Positions 46,595 to 53,803 of a DNA stretch of 64,000 bases are shown piece after piece. The stretch covers positions 118,613 to 182,612 of the forward strand of contig CAZSQA010000003.1 in assembly GCA_964608915.1 (NCBI GenBank). The letters are read 5' to 3'. The position numbers and the translations under genes are program-made. The notes beneath the pieces were generated by a model. The model searched no databases. It was not told where the DNA came from and saw only the letters and a list, made by a program, of their open reading frames with translations. The DNA comes from an uncultured Isosphaeraceae bacterium (lineage in GTDB: Bacteria > Planctomycetota > Planctomycetia > Isosphaerales > Isosphaeraceae). Position 1 is the first letter of the stretch, and every line of letters begins with the position of its first letter.

Positions 46595-47557
46595 TCAGCC
46601 TGCCAGCGCCGCACGGGCGATCACAAGACCGCCCAGCACGGGGCGATGCACTTCGGTCACGATCGGGTCGTAACCGAGCCGCTTGAGATGCGCGATCAGG
46701 GCTTCTTTCACTTCGGGCGTGCCGAGTACGAACGAGCCGGCGATGCCGACGGGCAGCTTCGCCGGCAGTTTCAATTTCCGGGCCACGGCTGCGGCCGCTT
46801 CGGCCAGTTCCACGCCGGCAGGTTTCAAAAGAACGGCGATCATGCGCGGCTCGGCCCGGATCGCTTCGATGATCGCGGGGGCCAGGCTCGCCAGCTTCGC
46901 CCGGTCATATTCCGGGCGATACACCACACTCACGATTCCATTCGGGTCATCCGTCAACCCGAGGGTCTCCATCACTTTACGATTGAGCACTGCAGAAGTC
47001 GCCTCGGCCGGCATGCGGCCATCGACCGATTTGGCCACTAACCGGAGCGTGTCCATGACCAGCTTGTAGGCTGAGCCTTCGTCGCCGATGAGGTGGCCCC
47101 AGCCGCCGGCCCTGTCGAAAACGCCTGCGGGCGATTTGCCCACGGCGATCGAGCCGGTACCGCCGATGATCCCCACACCCCAGCCTTCGGGGGTGCCCGC
47201 GGCAACGACGAGTTGGCCGTCATTGGTCAGAACCAATTTACCGATCGGCACCACCGAACGCCCGCCGGCCCAGTCGGCCAGAATTGCCCGGTCTTCCTCG
47301 CGATCGAAACCCGCAAGCCCAAGGCTCGCCACGGCAACGGGTTGCGGAGTCAATCCAGCAGACGCGAACGCGGCCGCGATCGAATCGTCCAGGGCCTGCA
47401 TCGCCGCCTTTACGCCAGCCGATTTCGGATTCGAAGGCCCGCTATGACCTTCGCCGAGCACGTTCCCGTTCGCATCGGCCAGAACGGCCTCCGTCGAAGT
47501 GCCGCCGCCGTCGATGGATACGATCCAGCCGCCATTGCCGGTCAGGGAATCGGACAT
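46595..47557 (-). CDS. BadF/BadG/BcrA/BcrD-type ATPase (N-acetylglucosamine / MurNAc kinase-like)
   Basis: VSIDGGGTSTEAVLAD phosphate-1 motif, plus ...GIIGGTGSIAVGK... and GGWGHLIGDEGSAY. 66 nt downstream of murQ on the same strand. Confidence 0.85.
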   Translation of the reverse strand: MSDSLTGNGGWIVSIDGGGTSTEAVLADANGNVLGEGHSGPSNPKSAGVKAAMQALDDSIAAAFASAGLTPQPVAVASLGLAGFDREEDRAILADWAGGRSVVPIGKLVLTNDGQLVVAAGTPEGWGVGIIGGTGSIAVGKSPAGVFDRAGGWGHLIGDEGSAYKLVMDTLRLVAKSVDGRMPAEATSAVLNRKVMETLGLTDDPNGIVSVVYRPEYDRAKLASLAPAIIEAIRAEPRMIAVLLKPAGVELAEAAAAVARKLKLPAKLPVGIAGSFVLGTPEVKEALIAHLKRLGYDPIVTEVHRPVLGGLVIARAALAG

Positions 47558-47623
47558 GTCTTGGAGGTCCTTCTCAGGGTCTTTCCGGTTCTGTCTGTCA
47601 GGATCGATCCGAGTGAGGTGAAT

Positions 47624-48613
47624 TCAATTCGGCTCAGCACGCTCGATGATGGCTGCCGCCACGGCGGATCGCACATGCCCGCCATGTTTCGCCAGAAGTG
47701 TTTGTGAGGTCACGGCATCGATACCCGCCAGGGCCATCGTGAGCGCCGGCTTCAGGTGGCCGGATGTCGCGGCCAGGCAAGCCGCGGCCGTGGCGTCGTC
47801 CACCCCGGCGATGTCGCGGATGATGCGCCTGCAGCGAACGCGCAGCTTTTCGTTCAGCGGCTTCAGGTCGACCATTCGATTGCCGTAGGTTTTGCCGATC
47901 CGGATCATCGCCCCTGTCGTGATCATGTTCAAGACCAGTTTCGTCGCCGTGCCTGATTTCAGCCGGGTGCTGCCTGAGAGCACTTCGGGGCCTACGACAG
48001 GCGCGATCATGACCAGCACGAGGCCGTCCATCGCCGACGGCCGGTTACAGGCGAACCCGATCGTGGCCGCGCCCACCTCGGTCGCATAAATCAACCCGCC
48101 GAGCACATAGGGGGTCCGGCCGGATGTGGCGATGCCCATGACCACATCATGGCTCGACAGTCCCAGGGCTTTCAGGTCTGCCGCTCCCTGTTCGGGCGAA
48201 TCTTCGGCACCTTCCACCGGATGCCGCAAGGCACGTTCGCCGCCGGCGATCAGCCCGACGACCATGCCCGGCTCGCTTCCGAAAGTCGGCGGGCATTCGC
48301 TGGCGTCCAGCACGCCCAGCCTGCCGGAGGTCCCCGCTCCCATGTAAATCAGCCGGCCGCCGGACCGGAACGCGTCGGCCACGATGTCGATCGCCCGGGC
48401 GACTTCGCCCGAGACCGCACCGACGGCCGCCACAGTCGCGGCGTCTTCGGCGTTCATGATTCGCACGATCTCGAGGGCGTCGGCCGAGTCGATCGTGGCG
48501 GAGGCTTCATTCACGGCCTCAGTCGTCAGGCGGTCGATGTCCATGATCGATCGCGATGAGACATCGGAATTTCCCGCCGGGTTTGTCCCCCGTCTGCTGG
48601 ATTCGCCCGTCAT
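47624..48613 (-). CDS. murQ: N-acetylmuramic acid 6-phosphate etherase
   Basis: ...DRLTTEAVNEASATIDS...GGRLIYMGAGTSGRLGVLDASECPPTFG...ATSGRTPYVLG... closely parallels E. coli MurQ. The ATG at 48613 overlaps the Hsp70 stop (ATGA). The alternative ATG at 48544 (MDIDRLTTE) would fit the E. coli N-terminus better. Confidence 0.9.
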   Translation of the reverse strand: MTGESSRRGTNPAGNSDVSSRSIMDIDRLTTEAVNEASATIDSADALEIVRIMNAEDAATVAAVGAVSGEVARAIDIVADAFRSGGRLIYMGAGTSGRLGVLDASECPPTFGSEPGMVVGLIAGGERALRHPVEGAEDSPEQGAADLKALGLSSHDVVMGIATSGRTPYVLGGLIYATEVGAATIGFACNRPSAMDGLVLVMIAPVVGPEVLSGSTRLKSGTATKLVLNMITTGAMIRIGKTYGNRMVDLKPLNEKLRVRCRRIIRDIAGVDDATAAACLAATSGHLKPALTMALAGIDAVTSQTLLAKHGGHVRSAVAAAIIERAEPN

Positions 48614-50442
48614 GAGCCGGACTCCGCCTGCCGCACGTTGTATTCCAGGCTCCAGGCCCGGTCGTCTTCCAGGCTTCGGCAAGAAAGCTCGATCGTCCCC
48701 AGTTCGGTCACCCGGGCCACGATTCGTACAGGCACCGCCTGGCCGACTTCCTCGGGCGATCGGGCTTCGAGCGTGGTCTTCAGCGGCGGAAGTTCGGCCA
48801 GGGCATCGGGATCCCAGCGGTCGAGCACCGTTCCCGGGACGTCGTCATGCCGGTGCGTGGATGCCAGAAAGCGGAATTCGGCCTCCTCGCCCACATACAG
48901 CCCCAGGTCGGGTGTCGGCACGTCGGCCGAAGTGCCTTCTTCCATGCCCATCGGCACCACGCACAGGGCCTTCACCGGCGGGGGCACGCCTGGGACGGCC
49001 GGGGCTGGCGTTTCCAGGCCGATGTAATACGACCGGTTCACGCCGCCACGAATTCGAACGCCTTTGCCCAGCCTGGCCAGGCCATATTGAGCCGCTCCCA
49101 GGGCGACCGACAGGTGCAGATCGGCAGCGGGCAGAGCGGGCACGTCGGAGCCAGTCCAGCTTTTGAGCGTTTCGGACAGCCGGTCCCGCAGCGGAGCGGC
49201 TTCGAAGACGCCGCCGTTGAACAGAATTTTCGTGGGTCTGGCGGCATCGCTGCCATCCGAAAGAGCCGCATGCCGGGCAAGGAACTGGGCCAGATGCTTG
49301 GTGATCGCCGGGTCCGCGGCGTAAGGCAGGCCGATTTCGGTGAGGCCGAGCCGGCGGCCGCGGGCAGGCGATTCGCTCGAAGCGCATGGCGGGAAAAACC
49401 CGTTCAGGATGACCTGTTCGAGCGTCTCACGCTCGAGCGTGGCCTTGATCGACCCGCCGATCACTTTCGATCCTTTGCCGAGGATGGTGATCGTGGCTTT
49501 CGTCTCTTTCGGGTCGATGAAGAGCTTTTCCTTGGCCGAGCGGCAGCCATGCACGAGGGCGATCTTCTGGTTCGCGTCCAGACCGTCCATGCCGGTTTTG
49601 AGCGTGCCAGCCACGGCATAGGCCAGGGCCAGATCCATGTTGTCGCCGCCCAGCAGAATGTGGTCGCCCACGGCCACCCGGTCCAGCTTGAGCGTCCCAT
49701 CCTCTTCGCCCACGGCGATCAGCGTGAAGTCGCTCGTGCCGCCCCCGATATCGCACACCAGCACCAGGTCGCCCACCTGCACCGACTTCCGCCACGCTTC
49801 GCCATAAACGGCGAGCCAGGCGTAAAACGCGGCCTGCGGCTCTTCCAGAATCGTCAGGTTCGTCGCCCCGACCTTGCGTGCCGCCTGGATCGTCAGGTCC
49901 CGGGCCACGGTGTCGAACGAAGCAGGTACCGTCAGATAGATCTCCTGATCCTCGAACGGAGCGTTCCAGCCTTGGGCCGCCGCGTGCGTGTTCCATGCGT
50001 CGCGCAAGTGCGCCAGATAGGCCACGGATGCCTCGACAGGCGAGATTTTCGCCAGATCGGGCGGCGCTGTCGGTGGCAGAACGCCGGCGCTGCGGTCGAG
50101 CACTCCGTAGGATAGCCAGCTTTTGGCCGAACTGACGAGCCGGCCCGGCAACTTCGCGCCATGATCTCGTGCGAACGTGCCGACGAACCATGGCAGCTTG
50201 CCTTCGACCGGCGCCGTCCAGGGCAGGTCGAGCGCCACCGGTTCGAATTCGCCATCGAAAGGGAGGTAGAGAAACGACGGCAACGTGGGCTGGCTCACGC
50301 ATTCGCCAGGAGCGACCACTTGCGGAATCTCAAGAATCGCCGGTTTTTCCGGCGTATCGCCAGGGGCAGCCCCGCCAGCCCTCACCCAGGCCAGGGCCGA
50401 ATTGGTCGTTCCCAGGTCAATTCCCAGCACGAATTCGGCCAT
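48610..50442 (-). CDS. non-canonical Hsp70 family ATPase (610 aa)
   Basis: FVLGIDLGTTNSALAW (phosphate-1), VCDIGGGTSDFTLI (phosphate-2), NGGVFEAAPL. The C-terminal half is not DnaK-like. GGGAGAG precedes the ATG at 50442. Confidence 0.9.
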   Translation of the reverse strand: MAEFVLGIDLGTTNSALAWVRAGGAAPGDTPEKPAILEIPQVVAPGECVSQPTLPSFLYLPFDGEFEPVALDLPWTAPVEGKLPWFVGTFARDHGAKLPGRLVSSAKSWLSYGVLDRSAGVLPPTAPPDLAKISPVEASVAYLAHLRDAWNTHAAAQGWNAPFEDQEIYLTVPASFDTVARDLTIQAARKVGATNLTILEEPQAAFYAWLAVYGEAWRKSVQVGDLVLVCDIGGGTSDFTLIAVGEEDGTLKLDRVAVGDHILLGGDNMDLALAYAVAGTLKTGMDGLDANQKIALVHGCRSAKEKLFIDPKETKATITILGKGSKVIGGSIKATLERETLEQVILNGFFPPCASSESPARGRRLGLTEIGLPYAADPAITKHLAQFLARHAALSDGSDAARPTKILFNGGVFEAAPLRDRLSETLKSWTGSDVPALPAADLHLSVALGAAQYGLARLGKGVRIRGGVNRSYYIGLETPAPAVPGVPPPVKALCVVPMGMEEGTSADVPTPDLGLYVGEEAEFRFLASTHRHDDVPGTVLDRWDPDALAELPPLKTTLEARSPEEVGQAVPVRIVARVTELGTIELSCRSLEDDRAWSLEYNVRQAESGS

Positions 50443-50557
50443 CGGCGATCGCTCTCCCTGATGCCATCTTCAGTTCCGGAACCGTTCGAATTTCACTGGC
50501 CCGACATTCCGGAGACTTCCCTAACGCCTGCGGAACGCAATTCGCATCGCATTCCGC

Positions 50558-51058
50558 TCAGCCGACTTCCACTTCCAGCGGCTGCAGCACGGGGGCATCG
50601 GACCAGGCCCCCGGCACGTCCGGCACCCGCACTTCCACCACTTGCCAGCCAGGGTGGCTGACGCTGCCGGACCACGGCCCTTCGCCGCTCACGTTGCCGG
50701 TCAGGCGAATCGCCGCGGCGTCGTAGCCCACAGGCACGCTGGCTTTCGAGCCTTCCGCCCCGCCGATCGGCTCGATCCGGAAATGGTCCCGCACCGTTTT
50801 CCGGCACCTCGCGTGAATGTCGCGAGCGGCCGAGCCCACCTGGGCATCGTCGTAATCGTCGATCGATTCCATCAGAAAGTCAACCAGCCGGCCGTCCCGC
50901 TGCAAAAGCGCCAGTACGCGCAAGTCATGTCGCACAGGTTCCGGCGGCACGGGCGGAGCAGGCGGCGGGGGGTTCAGAGCCTCAGCCACGCCCTTCGCCA
51001 GGGCCTCGTCGAAGAGAACTTTGAAGAATGCCTGAAAGGCAAGGGCCAGACGGTTCAC
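50558..51058 (-). CDS. DUF2760-like protein (Hsp70-associated, function unknown)
   Basis: GTG start with GGAGA 8 nt upstream. Amphipathic N-terminus LALAFQAFFKVLFD, a Pro-rich linker, then VLALLQRDGRLVDFLMESIDDYDDAQVGSAARDIHARCRK...IRLTGNVSGEGPWSGSVSHPGW, which matches my recollection of the DUF2760 consensus. Needs an HMM check. Confidence 0.6.
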   Translation of the reverse strand: MNRLALAFQAFFKVLFDEALAKGVAEALNPPPPAPPVPPEPVRHDLRVLALLQRDGRLVDFLMESIDDYDDAQVGSAARDIHARCRKTVRDHFRIEPIGGAEGSKASVPVGYDAAAIRLTGNVSGEGPWSGSVSHPGWQVVEVRVPDVPGAWSDAPVLQPLEVEVG

Positions 51059-51452
51059 GGGGTCGGTCTCCAGCGTGTCCGAGTGCGGTCAATCCTGCGT
51101 TCCGCGTATGATACCGCCCCGCCCGCTGCCATGCCATGGGTTTCGCGGCATCAGGGGGCGATCCGCTACCGGCCTCATCCTCAAAACTTGGCATGACCGC
51201 TACTGGACAAGCGACGACATTCCGGGGCATCATGATATTTCGCACCACGAAGGAATCGATTCGAATTCTGACGGATACGTGAAGATGTCCGATTCTTCGA
51301 AATCGTCCGGTCAATCATCTTTTTCCGCTTTGGATCCGCAAAATCAGGGAAGGTCCTCTGCTGCCAGGCGTTTCGAACCGCTGATTCTCAGAGAGTATCC
51401 GAAAGCGAACGTCGAGAGACTGTGGTCGCCTCAGTCGATATCCGCGTCGGTC

Positions 51453-51504
51453 GTCGAGCCGTGGACGTCAGTCCACGGATGCGAACGACAGACGCACTAC
51501 GCGG
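51453..51504 (+). repeat. REP-like element copy 1 (hairpin CCGTGGAC-GTCA-GTCCACGG plus conserved tail)
   Basis: GTCGAGCCGTGGACGTCAGTCCACGGATGCGAACGACAGACGCACTACGCGG. Stem-loop at 51459-51478. Confidence 0.8.
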
Positions 51505-51515
51505 CCACGTGACAG

Positions 51516-51567
51516 GTCGAGCCGTGGACGTCAGTCCACGGATGCGAACGAGAGACGCACAACGCGG
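51516..51567 (+). repeat. REP-like element copy 2
   Basis: 50/52 identical to copy 1 and 63 bp downstream of it. Stem-loop at 51522-51541. Confidence 0.8.
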
Positions 51568-51600
51568 GATTCGATCCGAACGAACGAACAAAGCCTACGC

Positions 51601-51633
51601 ATGCGAACGACTGACTCACGGCGCGGGATTCGA
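51601..51633 (+). repeat. partial REP tail (no hairpin)
   Basis: ATGCGAACGACTGACTCACGGCGCGGGATTCGA aligns with the 3' tail of copy 2 (ATGCGAACGAGAGACGCACAACGCGGGATTCGA). Confidence 0.55.
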
Positions 51634-51651
51634 ACGAAATCGACGAACGCG

Positions 51652-52194
51652 TCATCGATCGACGATGATTTCTCGAACGATGTGCGAATTGGGCTGATTC
51701 CGAACGTATGCGATTGCCCGCAAGACGTTCGCTTCATCGGCCAGGAAGCGTGCGGAACCTGAATCGGTCCACCAGCGGCCGGATCGTTCCGGAACATTCT
51801 GATTGAGACGCCGCGAAGCATAGCTTTTCAGGTCTTTCAGCATTTGCGATGACGGCGGATCGCCCGAAACCTTAAGGACGAGATGCACATGAGTCGCCAT
51901 GATCGCGACGATCAATATCTTCCAGCCACGAAATTCAGCGGTTTCGAAAAGCTGCCGTTCGACCATGCTTGCCTTATGCGAATCGAGAAATACGATCGGG
52001 TGTTTTCTGGCCGCGTGAGCCTGGTTTTCGAACGACTGATTCGGCGGCGCGGGAAGCGTGCCGAGCCGATTATGGAATTCGGTCGCCCCGTCTTTCGCCC
52101 GGGTGTCACTGGTCGAGCCCCGGGCATCGCCCGGCATCCAGGATCCGTAGGTCGTCCAGGTCAGTAACCAGTGTCGATATTCTTTCGAAGGCAT
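51652..52194 (-). CDS. REP-associated tyrosine transposase (RAYT; IS200/IS605-like Y1 HUH enzyme)
   Basis: YRHWLLTWTTYGSWMPGDARG, HUH motif AIMATHVHLVL and catalytic-Tyr region AIAYVRNQP. 180 aa. Flanked by inverted REP hairpins. Confidence 0.85.
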   Translation of the reverse strand: MPSKEYRHWLLTWTTYGSWMPGDARGSTSDTRAKDGATEFHNRLGTLPAPPNQSFENQAHAARKHPIVFLDSHKASMVERQLFETAEFRGWKILIVAIMATHVHLVLKVSGDPPSSQMLKDLKSYASRRLNQNVPERSGRWWTDSGSARFLADEANVLRAIAYVRNQPNSHIVREIIVDR

Positions 52195-52300
52195 TGAGCC
52201 GGGCCCCAGTCAATGAGGGAATCGTCGAGCCGGGATGATGATACGTCGCTTATAAATGTGTCGCCAGTGACGCGATTCCAGCGTGATTTCGCTGTTGCGC

Positions 52301-52330
52301 GCATCCGTGGACTGACGTCCACGGCTCGAC
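52301..52330 (-). repeat. REP-like element, inverted copy upstream of RAYT
   Basis: GCATCCGTGGACTGACGTCCACGGCTCGAC is the exact reverse complement of the first 30 nt of copies 1 and 2. Confidence 0.8.
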
Positions 52331-52365
52331 GATTCGGGCGACGCATTTACGCGCATCTCGACGAT

Positions 52366-53541
52366 TTATATCCTCAGCTCTCGAAGTGCTTTCACCGTCT
52401 CGATCACACGTCCCGACGCAGCGGCCACTTCCTCCTCCGTCGTAAACCGGCCCAGGCTGAAGCGCAGGGAGCTTCGGGCTTCGTCGTCGGTCAGGCCGAT
52501 GGACTTGAGAACGTGCGAGGGCTCCGGGTCGGCGGCCGAGCAGGCCGATCCGCTCGAAACGGCCACGGTTTTCATGGCCAGCATCAGGGCCTCGCCCGCA
52601 ACTCCGGCGAATCTCAGGTTGGCCGTGTTCGGAATGCGGTGTGCAGGGTCGCCGTTCGTTTCGACACCTTCCAGGCCGGTGCGGATCATCGTTTCCAGCA
52701 GGTCGCGCAGGCGCGTCAGCCGGGGCGTTTCTTCCGGCAGAGACTCGACGGCCTGCCGCATCGCTTCGGCCATGCCCACGATGCCAGGCACCGGCAACGT
52801 GCCGCTGCGCAGGCCACGCTGATGCCCGCCACCTTCGATTTGCGGTGTGAGACGAACCGGCCGGTCACGCCGCCTGACGAACAGTCCGCCCACGCCTTTC
52901 GGGCCGTAAAACTTGTGTGCCGAAAACGAAAGCAGATCGGCCCCGAGTTCGTCGACGCTCACCGGAATTTTCCCGATGGCCTGGGTGGCGTCGGTATGGA
53001 GCACGATTCCGCGTGCATGACAAATTTCAGCAATTTCGGCGATCGGGGAGATCGTGCCAATTTCATTATTGGCCAGCATGATCGAAACCAGCGTCGTTTC
53101 GCCCGTGATCGCCTCGGCGACTTGCTCCGGCGTGATTCGACCGGAACGATCGGGCGTAAGCCAGGTGACGCTCCAGCCCTGCTTTCCCAGACGTTTGAGC
53201 GGGTCGATACCGGCCTTGTGTTCGCTGAGCGCCGAAATGGCATGCCGTCCCTTGCGTTCCAGGACGGGCGCGGCCCCTTTGATCGCCAGGTTGATCGCCT
53301 CGGTCGCCCCTGAGGTAATGACCAGCTCCCTCGATTCGCAGCCCAGGCACTCGGCCATGGTTTCCAGCGAGCGTTCGACGAGTTCACGGGCCGCCCATCC
53401 GGCCGGGTGCGACGTACTGGCCGGGTTGCCGTAAATCTGGTCGAAACACGGCAGCATGGCGGCGATCACGCGGGGGTCGACACGCGTGGTGGCATTGTTG
53501 TCCAGGTAGATCGGGGCATCCATCGGCGGCGATTCTGGCAT
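52366..53541 (-). CDS. cysteine desulfurase (IscS/NifS-type class V aminotransferase)
   Basis: PIYLDNNATTRVDPRV, PLP-lysine SAHKFYGPKG and the active-site loop SSGSACSA. An alternative start is 53523 (MDAPIYLD). Confidence 0.9.
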   Translation of the reverse strand: MPESPPMDAPIYLDNNATTRVDPRVIAAMLPCFDQIYGNPASTSHPAGWAARELVERSLETMAECLGCESRELVITSGATEAINLAIKGAAPVLERKGRHAISALSEHKAGIDPLKRLGKQGWSVTWLTPDRSGRITPEQVAEAITGETTLVSIMLANNEIGTISPIAEIAEICHARGIVLHTDATQAIGKIPVSVDELGADLLSFSAHKFYGPKGVGGLFVRRRDRPVRLTPQIEGGGHQRGLRSGTLPVPGIVGMAEAMRQAVESLPEETPRLTRLRDLLETMIRTGLEGVETNGDPAHRIPNTANLRFAGVAGEALMLAMKTVAVSSGSACSAADPEPSHVLKSIGLTDDEARSSLRFSLGRFTTEEEVAAASGRVIETVKALRELRI

Positions 53542-53663
53542 ACATGTGCGGCAGGTTTCGCCGGCGGTGCATCACGGAGCACGAACGGAAAGCCCTGCGG
53601 AATCGTTCGATTCTAGCTTTCGCCGTGCTCGAAAAGGTAGAGCCGGCAACTCACGCGGCATCT

Positions 53664-53691
53664 TTGACACGGGCAGCCGAACTGATATGAT
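53664..53691 (+). promoter_or_regulatory. sigma70-like promoter candidate for the PSCyt2/DUF1549/DUF1553 gene
   Basis: TTGACA (53664-53669), 16-nt spacer, TATGAT (53686-53691), about 110 nt upstream of the ATG at 53804. Confidence 0.35.
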
Positions 53692-53803
53692 GTGTAATCA
53701 GGAACGCCGGCGAAAACCGATCGTCCGCCCTCTCCCGCCTCTCATAGCCTAGCCGTTTCGACCCGACCTCGGCCCCGATCGTCCACCCAGGAGCCGAATC
53801 CTG

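Noticed and set aside
48847-50115. 422-aa forward ORF
   Set aside because: It is antisense to the Hsp70 gene (GIDLGTTNS and DIGGGTSD on the reverse strand).
51422-51697. Repeat-containing ORF (RAVDVSPRMR... twice), or a possible mini-CRISPR with a 63-bp period
   Set aside because: There are only 2.5 copies, and the 'spacers' are 11 nt. Each unit is a hairpin with a conserved tail, and an inverted copy flanks an HUH transposase. That makes these REP elements, not CRISPR or coding repeats.
52213-53313. 366-aa forward ORF
   Set aside because: It is antisense to the cysteine desulfurase gene (PLP-Lys and active-site Cys motifs on the reverse strand).
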